This document shows, one piece after another, positions 41,167 to 60,044 of a stretch of 64,000 nucleotides of DNA. The position numbers were made by a program, and so were the translations under genes. Source of the DNA: Octopus vulgaris (lineage: Eukaryota); assembly GCA_951406725.2 (NCBI GenBank), contig CATOCA020000007.1, positions 124,001 to 188,000 of the forward strand, in the 5' to 3' direction. Position 1 is the stretch's first letter; each line of letters opens with the position of its first letter. The notes under the pieces were generated by a model, which saw only the letters and a program-made list of their open reading frames with translations, did no database searches and was not told the origin of the DNA.

Positions 41167-44100
41167 AAGGCTAGTGTTATGCAGGTTGTACTGAAGGCTA
41201 CTTTACTACTTCATTTCTTGCACATGAATTCTGCCAAATGCGAGCTTTCTTTTCAGGTACACGAAGCTACTGTCCACCGTCCCAGGGTCTCTAGAGCCCA
41301 TGCCTCCCACACCCTCAGGGTTGGCACCCTCTTGGCAAAAAGGTAGGTCTGGTGAGATAGTCGAGATGCTTGAACGGAGATGTGTGGATATATGTTGCAT
41401 GCAAGAAATAAGGTGGAGAGGAGGATCAGCTAGGTTCCTCACAGGCAAGGAACGCAGGTACAAGATTTTCTGGGCAGGGAACACTGACGGGGTTGGTGGC
41501 GTGGGTATACTTATCGCTGAGAAATGGGTAGATAAAGTAATTGAGGTAATCAGAGTATGTGACAGAATACTTAAGATTAGATTAGTGCTTCATCATAGTT
41601 TAGCAACCATTATATCAGCCTATGCTCCTCAGTCGGGGCTACCCAATGGACAGAAAGACCGATTCTATGACACTCTACTGCAGACTACCTCGTTGACGAA
41701 CGACAGAGACCTTATCTTTGTGGCTGGTGACTTCAATGGTCACGTTGGACGACATGCTGGGGGCTTCCATGGCGTACATGGAGGCTATGGCTATGGCTCC
41801 CGCAACGAGGAGGGAACCAGGCTGCTGGAGTTCTGCGATGCAAATAATCTTATGATTTGCAACACTAACTTCAGGAAACCTACCAGCCACCTAGTCACTT
41901 ACCGATCGGGCCAACATACCAGCCAAATTGACTACATCCTTGCAAGGCAAAGGGAGAGATGGCTGCTTATAAATGCCAAAACCTTCCCAGGTGAAGAATG
42001 TACCCCACAACATAGACTGGTAGTTAGTGACTTTAGGATCAGGACTAGGAGGACAACCAGAAGACGACCAATATGGAGAAGAAGGATCTGGAAGCTTAAA
42101 GATCCTGCAAATGGACAGAGATTTAGAGGACATATTACTTGAAGCCTCTGACGAAGTAGAAGGGGATAGAGCATCACAGGGGGTAGAAGACAGCTGGACG
42201 TTTCTAAGGGACAACCTGCTGAGAGCCACTGACCAGATCTGTGGCTGGTGCAAAGTCCCCTCTCGACCTAGAATAACGTGGTGGTGGAACAGTATTGTAG
42301 ACAGGGCTATTAGAGAAAAGAGACAGGCTTGGAAGGTCTGGAAAAATGGGGGTAGCAGGGAATTGTATCAGACTGCCAAAAGAGAAGCTAGGAGACAGGT
42401 TTATTTAGCCAGAGGGGAAGCAGATAAGAAAAATTTGCCAATGTTCTGCGCCGTGAGGACCAAAGACTGGAGGTGTTTCGCGTTGCAAGACAGTGTGTGA
42501 GAGAGAATCGTGATGTGGTAGGAGAGAAGTGTGTTCGCATGGAAGATGGTTCACTTGCGCTAAATGAGGATGCAAAGAGAGAGGTTTGGAGATGCCACTA
42601 TGAAAGTTGCTGAATAAAGAAAATGAATGGGATAAAGAGAGTCTGCCGAATGTTGACCCAACAGAGGGACCAGCTATCCGAGTTGATAGTTCCGTGGTAG
42701 CTAAGGCAATTAGAAGCATGAAGACAGGAAAAGCCCCAGGCCCATCAGGAATCACTGCAGAGATGCTCAAAATGTCTGGTAGTGTCGGCTATAGCCTAGT
42801 CACCCGTATAGTTAATCAGGTGATACACAAAGGAGTCATACCCAATGACTGGTGTAGCAGCATAATAGTCAACTGCTACAAAGGTAAAGGTGACGCCCTA
42901 GATACAAATAACTACAGAGGTATCAAGCTGTTGGATCAGGTGATGAAGGTTACGGAGAGGGTCATAGCCCAACTAATTAGAGAGAGAGTTAGTTTAGATG
43001 AGATGCAGTTTGGGTTTGTGCCAGGGAAAAGTACTACTGATGCTATATTCCTGGTAAGGCAGCTGCAGGAGAAATACCTAGCCAAAGATAAGCCCCTGTA
43101 CCTGGCTTTTGTTGACATGGAGAAAGCCTTCGACAGGGTCCCCCGATCCCTTATCTGGTGGGCAATGAGGAAACTAGGGATAGATGAATGGTTAGTGAGA
43201 GCTGTGCGGGCCATGTATAGGGACGCTGCTAGTAGGGTGAGGGTTGGAAACGAGTACAGTGAAGAATTCCGGGTAGAGGTAGGGGTCCACCAAGGCTCAG
43301 TACTCAGCCCCCTCCTATTTATCATAGTCCTCCAGGCAATAACGGAGGAATTCAAGACAGGATGCCCTTGGGAGCTCCTCTATGCTGATGACCTTGCTCT
43401 AATTGCTGAGTTGCTATCAGAACTGGAGAGGTTTCAGGTGTGGAAACAAGGATTAGAATCGAAGGGCCTCAGAGTCAATCTAGCTAAAACCAAAGTCGTA
43501 ATCAGTAGGAAGGTAGACAAATCACAAACGCCTTCAGGTAGATGGCCCTGCTCGATCTGTAGAAAAGGTGTAGGTAGAAACTCTATAAGATGCACCAAGT
43601 GTAAGCTATGGACACATAAGAGGTGCAGCAATGTCAAAGGAAGGCTAACTAGGAAGATGGTTTTTGTATGTGGCAGATGCTCAGGAACAATAAACACTGA
43701 AAATGCTCTGAGACCAACTTCCGTCACTTTCCAGGGAGAAAAACTAGAAATAGTTGATAGTTTCCGTTACCTAGGTGACCAAGTCAGCAGCGGGGGCGGG
43801 TGTGCTGAAAGTGTAACTGCTACAGTAAGAATAGCTTGGGCAAAGTTCAGAGAGCTCTTACCTCTGCTGGTGACAAAAGGCCTCTCGCACAGAGTGAAAG
43901 GCAGACTGTATGATGCGTGTGTACGAACAGCCATGCTACATGGCAGTGAAACATGGGCCGTGACTGCTGAGGATATGCGTAAGCTCGCAAGAAATGAAGC
44001 CAGTATGCTCCGATGGATGTGTAATGTCAGTGTTCATAATCGACAGAGTGTAAGTACCTTGAGAGAAAAGCTGGACCTAAGAAGCATCAGTTGTGGTGTG

Positions 44101-44810
44101 CAAGAGAGACGTTTGCGCTGGTATGGTCATGTGGCGAGAATGGATGAAGATAGTTGTGTGAAAAAGTGCCACACCCTAGCGGTTGAGGGAACCTGTGGAA
44201 GAGGCAGACCCAGGAAAACCTGGGACGAGGTGGTGAAGCACGACCTTCGAACTTTAGGTCTCACTGAGGAAATGACCTCTGGAAGTGTGCTGTGCGCGAG
44301 AAGACCCGGCAGGACAAGTGAGTCCATAACCCGTGGCCTTCTACTTAGGATGGAGCCAGCCTACGTATGCATACCTTCCCTTCTTGGGACACAAAACTCT
44401 ACTTGTGAAGACCTGTTGAGGCAAGTGAGGATCAGAATCGAAATCGATCAATGGAAATTGCAGATGTGTTACCAGTGCGGTGGCATGTAAGAGAACTTTC
44501 CGTTTCGCGACCGTTGCCAGCACCACCCCGTTTCGTGTCCGTTGCCAGCCTCGCCTGGCCCTTGTGCCGGTGGCACATAAAAAGCACCATCCGTTCGTGG
44601 CCATTTGCCAGCTCTGTCTGGCACCTGTGCGGGTGGCACGTAAAAAGCACCCACTACACTCACGGAGTGGTTGGCGTTAGGAAGGGCATCCAGCCGTAGA
44701 AACACTGCCAGATTTGACTGGGCCTGATGAAGCCTTCAGGCTTCACATACCCCAGTAGAACCGTCCAACCCATGCTAGCATGGAAAACGGACGCTAAACG
44801 ACGATGATGA
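41167..44810 (+). mobile_element. RTE-clade LINE, near full length, frameshifted
   Basis: APE (LRVGTL, CMQEIRW, SAYAPQ, AGDFNGH, QIDYIL, QHRLV). RT (NYRGIKLL, FVDMEKAFD, GVHQGS, YADD). RLRWYGHV..GRPRKTW. (GAT)n tail. Confidence 0.92.
42607..44490 (+). CDS. RTE reverse transcriptase open segment with PHD-like Cys finger
   Basis: 627-aa ORF containing CSIC..CTKC..HKRC..CGRC downstream of YADD. Confidence 0.85.
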   Translation: MLNKENEWDKESLPNVDPTEGPAIRVDSSVVAKAIRSMKTGKAPGPSGITAEMLKMSGSVGYSLVTRIVNQVIHKGVIPNDWCSSIIVNCYKGKGDALDTNNYRGIKLLDQVMKVTERVIAQLIRERVSLDEMQFGFVPGKSTTDAIFLVRQLQEKYLAKDKPLYLAFVDMEKAFDRVPRSLIWWAMRKLGIDEWLVRAVRAMYRDAASRVRVGNEYSEEFRVEVGVHQGSVLSPLLFIIVLQAITEEFKTGCPWELLYADDLALIAELLSELERFQVWKQGLESKGLRVNLAKTKVVISRKVDKSQTPSGRWPCSICRKGVGRNSIRCTKCKLWTHKRCSNVKGRLTRKMVFVCGRCSGTINTENALRPTSVTFQGEKLEIVDSFRYLGDQVSSGGGCAESVTATVRIAWAKFRELLPLLVTKGLSHRVKGRLYDACVRTAMLHGSETWAVTAEDMRKLARNEASMLRWMCNVSVHNRQSVSTLREKLDLRSISCGVQERRLRWYGHVARMDEDSCVKKCHTLAVEGTCGRGRPRKTWDEVVKHDLRTLGLTEEMTSGSVLCARRPGRTSESITRGLLLRMEPAYVCIPSLLGTQNSTCEDLLRQVRIRIEIDQWKLQMCYQCGGM

Positions 44811-45726
<916 letters not shown>

Positions 45727-46102
45727 TCTCTCTCTATATATAAACGGCAGTTTGTCTGTGCGTGTTTCTGTGTGTCTGTTTTCTCGTACCCTCACTCTGG
45801 CCACGGCTTTCAACCGATTCTGATGAAACTTGACACACACATAGCCCAATGTCATAATTCAAAACTAACGCAGCCAAAATTTTGAAAAGTTCCCCCAGTT
45901 CTGAAAAAAATCGATAAATTCGACATGGGGTCGAGAATCAGAAACACGAACCACAAACTGTCTAGGGGACGCAACTCAACCTTTTTTAACTCAAAAAAAA
46001 ATTTACCATAATTTTTTTTGCTATTTTTTGGCTATAACTCTCTAAAAATGCTTTATAGTTATTTCCCTTACAAACCTGAGCAACGCCGGGCGATACTGCT
46101 AG
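45727..46102 (+). mobile_element. Complete non-autonomous Helitron (~375 bp)
   Basis: 5' A|TC...TATATATAAA, 3' hairpin + CTAG|T. Sits at an AT site inside TA repeats. Confidence 0.82.
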
Positions 46103-46466
46103 TATATATATATATGTATATATATATATATGTATATATGTATATATATATACGTGTATATATATGTGTATATATATGTGTATATATATATGTGTATATA
46201 TATATGTGTATATATATATGTGTATATATATATTTATGTATATATATATATGTGTATATATATATGTGTATATATATATATGTGTATATATATATATGTA
46301 TATATATGTGTATATATATATATGTATATATATGTGTATATATATATATGTATGTATATATATGTGTATATATATATATGTGTATATATATATATGTATA
46401 TATATATGTATATATATATGTATATATGTATATATATGTATATATATGTATATATGTATATATATG

Positions 46467-46506
<40 letters not shown>

Positions 46507-47009
46507 CGTATATATATATATATACACACACACACATATATATACACACATATATATACACACATATATATATACACACATATATATATAAACATATCTC
46601 TATATATAAAACTGAAATGCGTTTTTACCGCTTGGTTCGCTTTCAATGCCACTACATCCCGTCCGATTCGCTCCAAAATTTACAGGGACATGTAGAATGA
46701 GGTGACGATGCGCGTGGGCTACCTTAGAAATCCCTATCTTAAAAGCTGTGGTTTCTAGGGGCCATCTTCCTACCTCACCCTATTTCCTCCAGTACTCTGT
46801 CAATCCTCTTCATTTATAACTTTCAGAATGCCACTACGGTTATTTAAAGTATCTGTCACTATCGCTATTTCCTTTCTTTTTCACTGACTCTGTTTCCTAC
46901 CTTCCTATCACTTCGGCGGCGTTCTTTGAAGTATATGTCTGTCACCAACAATCAACACACGAGCATGAGAACAAATATTATGAATCAGATATTCTTGCGT
47001 TCATTTATA

Positions 47010-47228
47010 TGTGTGTGTGTGTGTGTTCTATATATATATGTATATATAATGTATGTGTGTGTGTGTTCTATATATAAATATGTATATATAATGTATGTGT
47101 GTGTGTGTGTTCTATATATAAATATGTATATATAATGTATGTGTGTGTGTGTGTTCTATATATAAATATGTATATATAATGTATGTGTGTGTGATCTATA
47201 TATAAATATGTATATATAATGTATATAT
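47010..47228. repeat. ~40-bp minisatellite x5
   Basis: (GT)nTCTATATATAAATATGTATATATAATGTAT. Confidence 0.85.
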
Positions 47229-47373
47229 ACAAAGTGTATATATCTGTATTTATGTATATTAAACTTTTTCATACTTTTTCATAGTTATATATATTTTTAA
47301 ACAAATTATAAATATAATTTCATAATTTTTATTTTCAATTTAAATAATTTAAAGTTTTCAATTTTATATTTTA

Positions 47374-48391
47374 CTAGCAGTATCGCCCGGCGTTGCTCGG
47401 GTTTGTAAGGGAAATAACTATATAAGCATTTTTAGTGAGTTATAGCAAAAAAAATAGCAAAAAATGCATTAAAGACGGAATAAAAAATGATAGTAATTTC
47501 TTTTTTAAATCGTTGACTCATCGTAGACATTTTTACAGAGTTACTTCCCTTATATAATAGCGAAAAATGCATTAAAATGGAATTAAAAAATGATGGTAAT
47601 TTTTTTTTTAATCGTTGACTCATCGTAGACATTTTTAGAGAGTTACTTCCCTTATATAATAGCGAAAAATGCATTAAAATGGAATAAAAAATGATGGTAA
47701 ATTTTTTTTTAAATCGTAGACTCATCGTAGACGCGCGCTAATACCCAGAAGGGCTCGATATGAATCACGACTATAAGATACCTGGTTTTGGTTACACTGC
47801 ACCGCAAAATGTGGGAGTAGTTAGCAATCTAAATCGTAGGAGACAGACACACAACCTTACTTTTATATATAAAGATTTGTGCAACAACTAAAACATTCGG
47901 TTGTGCAAATTGTTTGCACAGGAAACCTGCCCTGTGTGGCGGTTTTTGCCGTTTTTGTGGATCTGTTTCAGCTTTTTTAGCGATTTCTGTTTTGGCGACT
48001 TCAAGCCATGAAGTCGTTGTTCTAAAAGAACGCTGGTCTCCTTCACAACGCATTACGACGTTGATTTCCTTACACTCCCTTCCCCACAGCTTCACGAGGG
48101 AGGGAAGAAGGGGGAGAAGCAACACAGGTGCAGGCGTGAGCGTGGACGCCAACTCCGCCGCCATCGACACACGAAAAAATATGCATTAAAATGGAATAAA
48201 AAATGATGTTAAATTATTTTAAAAATCGTACACTCATCGTAGACGCGCGCTAATACCCAGACGGGCTCGATATGAATCACGACTATAAGATACCCGAATT
48301 TGGTTAAACTGCACCGCAAAATTTGGGAGTAGTTAGGAATCTAAATCGAAGGGGACAGACACTCACACAACTACAGTTTTATATATATAGA
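47374..48391 (-). mobile_element. Compound non-autonomous Helitron (one 3' end, two 5' ends)
   Basis: CTAG + hairpin at 47374. TC-type 5' ends at 47875 and 48391. Internal ~102-bp tandem repeats. Homologous to 53010-53515. Confidence 0.78.
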
Positions 48392-48534
48392 TATATTTTC
48401 TATGTTATATTTTCTTTTTTTATGTTTTTGTTTTTGGTTTTTCACTGTTTCATTTGCCTATTAGTGGTTTTATCTCTAATTTAATTTATACAGATATATA
48501 TCTCATTTGTATACATTTGTATATATAATGCGTG

Positions 48535-48568
<34 letters not shown>

Positions 48569-49394
48569 CACATATATATATGTGTGCATTACGTAGTCGG
48601 TCGATTCACCTGAAAATATGCACACCTATGTTAAAGGTGCTGACAAGTTTGCATCACAACTATTTTGTTCCTCAAATGAAAGGCGTCACCTCTAGGACAA
48701 AATTCCTCATCTTATAAAATGTGGCCCCATTACACCCGAATGAAATCGGGTTATATTAACCAAAATGTGAAAAGGGGTCTAAATGGGGCTGGAAGGGGAT
48801 TAAAATTTCAAAGAGCGGGTGTTTAGGAATTCTCTGTTGCATCAAGCTAAAAAATTTGCGCCAGCCTTTTAATCGTCAATGTGTTGCCGTCCATGATGAA
48901 GAAGTTTTGAATGCTTGCCATGGTGAGTCTACTGTCGTGAGAAAGAATCACTTCAAAAATTGGTGTTTACGAATTTTCTTTTACATCAAGTTCAAAATTT
49001 TACGCCAGCCGTTAAACTGTCACTACGTTGCTGTCCGTCGTTAACAAATGCCAGCCATGGTGACTCTACTATCCTCAGATTCTATCCCTTCAAACTTTGG
49101 TTTCCAATATTTTATTATTTTTATTCAGCTCGCAAGTTCGTCTGTCCCTTTTGAATGTTAGCGTTTTGCTGTCTGCCTTGAAGCAGACCTTTCCATTGCC
49201 ACTGCCTCATATTTCTGATTGATCTTTCTAAATATTTTATTTCTCAACTTACTCAAGATCTTCTGTTGTTTATAAATGGGAGAGAGATAGATAAAGATAG
49301 AGAGTAAGAGAAAGCGAGGGAGAGTCAGAGAGAAAAGAAAAGTAAGAGAGTGGGAAAGTGAGAGAGAAAGGAGAGAGAAACAAATACGGAGAAT

Positions 49395-49686
49395 CATCAT
49401 CATCGTTTAACATCCGTTTTCCGTGCTAGCACGGGTTGGGCAGGTCTCGGAAGCCAGGAGGCTGCACCATGCTCCAGTCTGATCTGGCAGTGTTTCTACA
49501 GGTGGATGACCTTCCTAACGCCAACCACACTGTGAGTGTAGTGAGTGCTTTTTTCGTGCCGACGGCACTGGTGCCAGGGGGCTCGCAGTGGCAACGATCG
49601 GTTGGTGCTTTTTACGTGCCACCAGCACAGAAGCAAGTCAAGGCGGTGCTGCAATCGGCCACGTTCGGATGGTGCTTTTTACGTGC
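49395..49686 (-). mobile_element. RTE 3'UTR-related SINE/fragment
   Basis: (CAT)n tail and GTGCTTTTTACGTGCC motifs shared with the RTE 3'UTR. Confidence 0.8.
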
Positions 49687-49788
49687 TGAAAGGAAGCAAC
49701 AGAAAGTAACACCCACACTCTTACCCGCGCGTAGAGCGGGTCACCTTCAGCTAGTATATATATATACACATATATATATATACATATA

Positions 49789-49840
<52 letters not shown>

Positions 49841-49956
49841 TATATATATATATGTATATATATATATGTTTATATATATATATATATATGTGTATATATA
49901 TATATATGTTTATATATATATGTGTGTATATATATGTATATATATATATATGTGTG

Positions 49957-49987
<31 letters not shown>

Positions 49988-50024
49988 GTGTGTATATATA
50001 TGTGTGTATATATATATATGTGTG

Positions 50025-50081
<57 letters not shown>

Positions 50082-50299
50082 GTGTGTGTATATATATATA
50101 TATGTGTGTGTATATATATATATATGTGTGTGTATATATATATATGTGAGTTTATATATATGTGCATATATGTGTGTATATATATATGTGTGTGTATATA
50201 TATATATATGTGTGTATATATATATATATGTGAGTTTATATATATGTGCATATATATATATGTATATATATATATATAATTCTGTATATATATAATTGT

Positions 50300-50565
50300 A
50301 TCGACTGGCTTCCGTGCAGGTGGCACGTAAAATGCGCCAATCCGACTGTGGCCAATGCCAGCCTCGCCTGCCACCAGTGTAGGTGGCACGTAAAAAGCAC
50401 GCACTACACTCACGGGGTGGTTCACGTTAGGAAGGGCATCGAGCTGTATAAACATCGCCAGATAAGACCAGAGCCTGGTGCAGCCTTCTGGCTTCCCAGA
50501 TCCCCAGTCGAACCATCCATCCCATGCTAGCATGGAGAACAGACGTTAAACGATGATGATGATGA
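50300..50565 (+). mobile_element. RTE 3'UTR-related SINE/fragment
   Basis: GGTGGCACGTAAAAAGCAC...CCCATGCTAGCATGG...(GAT)n. Confidence 0.82.
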
Positions 50566-50680
50566 TATATGTATATGTATATATATATACATGTGTAATG
50601 TATATGCATGTGTATATGTATATATATATGTATATATATTTATATGTATATATATATGTATATGTATTTATATGTATGTA

Positions 50681-51000
50681 TAACGCACAAATAGTGAGCG
50701 GTGTTCCGCAGGGCACTGTTTCGGGACCACTACTGTTCATAATGGCCCTCTCAGACATGCCCTCAGCCACGCAGAGAACCACGATCACAAGTTATGCAGA
50801 TGATACAAAAGTTTCACAGGCAATACAGAACCCTGAAGACACTAAGCAACTGCAATGTGAGCTGGACAAAATATACAAGAGAATAGCATGCAGTTCAAAG
50901 CTGAAAAGTTTCAAGCTTTATGCTATCAGCATGCAAAACGGAATGCAATACCCAATGAATACATTGGACCCGGAGGGGTTGCAATGCCAGAGGCACAATC
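50681..51000 (+). mobile_element. Internal RT fragment of the CR1-group LINE
   Basis: QIVSGVPQGTVSGPLLF..YADDTKV, matching the other copies. Confidence 0.88.
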
Positions 51001-52870
51001 TCTTTCACCAGACATTTCCCTTCTAACGGACAGGAGCTTTCGTTTTTGCAATTACATTTCTTAATGGGCTTGGCACCATGTCTAATCTCAATTAGCTTCC
51101 TATTATGTTGGCTAATGTAAGAGGCGAAATTTCTGCAACAAGAATAGCTAACCTTCAGGGTTCTTCTGTTAAATATCCTATAGAATTTATGACCCTGCTT
51201 AAAATGCTTAGAGACTAATCTCAAAAATTCCTTACCTATATTAGTCTTTACGGCCAAATTGAAAGCCGGGTTGAACCACAAAACTTTCCTGGTCCTAGTT
51301 CTTCGTGCAGCATTATTATCAGCATTAAGCTGGTTGAACTGGATCTTCTCAGAGAATCCACTATTCTCTAATGCGCTATCATAATAAGGTGCAGCATTAT
51401 GGAATGCTGCCTCGTCCGAAGAAATTGAAGATATTCTTCTACCTACATTGCTGACTAAGTTCCTAAGGATAACTGGTGGATGGTTCGAATCTTTGCTAAT
51501 ATACGATAGGTTTTCATTGGGCTTACAGAAAGGTTTAAATCTATCCGATCTTACATTAAAATTTACGTCTAAAAAATCTACACTATTCAGGTTAGCATCT
51601 ATCGTAACCCGTAAGCCCATCCTTTGAAAGAAAGCTATGAGGTCCTTCCTAAGTCTATCTGATTCATGGCCGTTTAGATTATGTGTGGCTATAAGGCCGT
51701 CATCCATATATAAACCTGCATCTATAAATGGGAATTCTATTTTTAGATTATGGAGAATAAATATGAGCATACATAACTCAGCCCCGTCGTATGCCCCCAT
51801 CGGTACATCGAAAAGAGAATCCTCAGTCTTCTTAATCCAGGTGGAATCCTCGAAAAAAAGAAGCGATTTCCTCGCATGCATAATAATATCAATTTCCGAG
51901 CTATCGATGTTGACATACTGCTTGGCGAAGTCCAATGCCCTTAGGAGCAACGTCCTAGATATTGACGGGTAAAAGTCAATTATGTCGAATTGTGTGAAAC
52001 TACAATTATTCTTATAGCTAATACCTTTAAACCACTCTATAACTGACTTACTATTCTTCCAAATTCTCAAGTCTACTTCACTATCTAACTTAACTAAAAT
52101 ACGGTCCAAAATATTTTTGCTAATAATTCCTATCTCAGTTTTAGCCGGATTTATCAATCTACATTTGGGGTTTCTACTAAAATTGGCTTTATGGTCTTTC
52201 AGAGTAATAAAAGCTGGTCGTGGTGAAAGATATTCAATCCTATCGCTAATCTTAAGATCGTTAGCTATTCCTCTTGCTTCTAAGTTCACCTCTTTGTATA
52301 TATTCGTGTTGTCTTTTTTGTATGTGTCCATGACACTATTCGAAATCGGCGCTTATAAACGTCCTTATCAAGTGCATATAAGTTCCTTGTCTTATCAGAA
52401 TTAACGAAGATCTTATTCGAGTCATTAATCTCCTTAATTTTTTCTCTCATATTTCTCTGCAATTGGTTGGTATATTTGCGGAATTTAATTTTCCTAATAA
52501 GCTCGAAAAGGTCTTTCTCGAAGGCTTCTAATTCCGGAATCGGTGGCGGGTTTCTGGGAGATTTAAATCCATATTTGTTTCCTTCTATTTTCTGTTTATT
52601 ATCAATGAAGAAGGCTTTCCATCTCAATCTTCGAGCATACAAAAATAATTTCAAGTGCAAGCTTTGTCTATTAGAAAAAATGTACATCTTATTCAAAGAA
52701 GTGAGCTAATGAACTTATGTAGGCACGCGGCTAAATTTAAAATGTCGAATATAAATATACCATATGGATAGAGTATATATTTTGTATTTTTGATTTTGAC
52801 TCTTGAACGATGAGTGCTACGATGGATTTTGTTTCCAAGCTATGCGGATCTTAATCCGTATAGCAAAGTC
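50994..52870 (-). mobile_element. Penelope-like element (Hydra-clade-like), truncated before the GIY-YIG domain
   Basis: RRLRWKAFF, SDKTRNLY, TLKDHK, CRLINPAK, QFDIIDFYPSI, MGAYDGAE, YMDDGL, SNHPP, WFNPAF, CNC..CPLEGKCL. Frameshift near 52340. 5' boundary approximate. Confidence 0.88.
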
Positions 52871-53009
52871 TTATGTTTCTACATATATATTAGGAAAAAC
52901 CTCCAACTTTGTTTTCATGTTATTGTATTGTATAGGATTACCTTGATTATTTATATTACCTTGATTATTTATAAATGACCCAAAATAGGATGTTATATTT
53001 TATTTTATA

Positions 53010-53515
53010 CTAGCAGTATCGCCCGGCGTTGCTCGGTTTTGTAAGGGAAATAACTATATAAGCATTTTTAGAGAGTTACTTCCCTTATAAATTCAGGCTT
53101 TCTTAGCCATTTTTGTTTTGGTGTCTTCAAGCCATGAAGTCGTTGTTCTAAAAGAACGCTGGTTTCCTTCACAACGCATTACGACGTTGATTTCTTTACA
53201 CTCCCTTTCCCACAGCTTCACGAGGGAGGGAAGGGGGAGAAGCAAACAGGTGCAGCTGTGAGCGTGGACGCCAACTCCGCCGCCATCGACATACAATGCA
53301 TTTTATGCATTAAAATGGAATAAAAAATGATGTTAAATTATTTTTAAAATCGTAGACTCATCGTTGACGCGTGCTAATAGTCAGACGGGCTCGATATGAA
53401 TCACGACTATAAGATACCCGAATTTGGTTAAACTACACCGCAAAATGTGGGAGGAGTTAGGAATCTAAATCGAAGGGGACAGACACTCACACAACTAGAG
53501 TTTTATATATATAGA
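53010..53515 (-). mobile_element. Complete non-autonomous Helitron (~505 bp)
   Basis: Minus strand: A|TCTATATATA at the 5' end, hairpin + CTAG|T at the 3' end. Confidence 0.82.
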
Positions 53516-54361
53516 TGTCTTTCGTATATATTTTTATTAATCCACCCATTTTAAAAAAAAAAAAAAAAAAGCAATGTCTTTTTTAAAAAAAAGCAATGTT
53601 GTCAAAATTAGAATGTTGATATAAGTATGTGTATAGCAAAGCATATGTATTTGTAAGCATGCGTATCTGTGTATGTGTAAGTGAAAGTATGTTTGTGCTT
53701 AAGCACACATATACACGTCTGTATGTATATGTATCCATTCAAACTTGTGTATGTATACTTGTCTCCATATATGCCAATAATGCCGTTACACTACTTGTAT
53801 ACATAATTTTTTCTTATTTCGTTTTTTTCCCCACACCTCCTTCGTTCCTTTTTCTCTCTCTCCCTTTCTTTCGTTCCCCCCCCCTTACTCAGTATATGAG
53901 AATCACTACATAGATCATTTTTAACTTGCGTGCGAGATGGTTTGCGTGAATATATGTACACATGCTTTTATGTGTATATTTAGATTTATATTCATACGTC
54001 TGTATATGTATGGTGTTTGCGCGCATAATTTTGTGTATGTTGATATATATATGTAGATTTTAATATAAATATGTATTGCAGTGTAATATTTATAACAGGT
54101 TTAATTTCTATGCATTAATTTGCACTTTCTTCATTAACGTCAATATGTATTTTATTCAATGTAAGGTTTTTTCCTCAGATTTTATAATTTTTATAAGTTT
54201 TTTTTATATATATATACGTATATTTTTGACTTTTTTGTTTATCGCTCGAAGATTGACCGTTTTTTCTAAAGGGCCAATCAAACAAGTCCATTTCTTTTTA
54301 AAGGTGTAGCGTTTGTAAGAGTATAGATTGAATTGATATATCGGTTCCATTCTAGCAAAAA

Positions 54362-54399
54362 CTGTATGATGAACGGCAACGAGAAACTCAGAGTAACAG
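54362..54399 (+). ncRNA. Degenerate minimal hammerhead-like motif at a probable PLE 3' end
   Basis: CTGT-ATGATGA-...-GAAA-CTC(A)GAG-TA-ACAG. C3 is mutated and helix II is weak. AATAAA and then a TA array follow. Confidence 0.5.
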
Positions 54400-54431
54400 A
54401 TTTTGTTGAATTTTCTGCTGCTTAAAATAAA

Positions 54432-60044
<5,613 letters not shown>

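Larger units (their letters stand above)
46596..49754 (+). mobile_element. Possible larger Helitron host carrying nested insertions
   Basis: 5' TCTCTCTATATATAAAA at 46596, and a 3' hairpin ACCCGC(GCGTAGA)GCGGGT + CTAG|T at 49723-49754. Pairing of the two ends is inferred. Confidence 0.45.

Noticed and set aside
41135-41256. Apparent intron (GTAAGG...TTTCTTTTCAG) that would join an upstream ATG at 41033 in frame to the RTE APE start
   Set aside because: The unspliced frame already has in-frame ATGs (41179, 41224), so no intron is needed. RNA evidence would be required.
52825-52865. Strong hairpin GCTATGCGGA...TCCGTATAGC upstream of the PLE ORF
   Set aside because: No CUGANGA core found, so it cannot be called a ribozyme.
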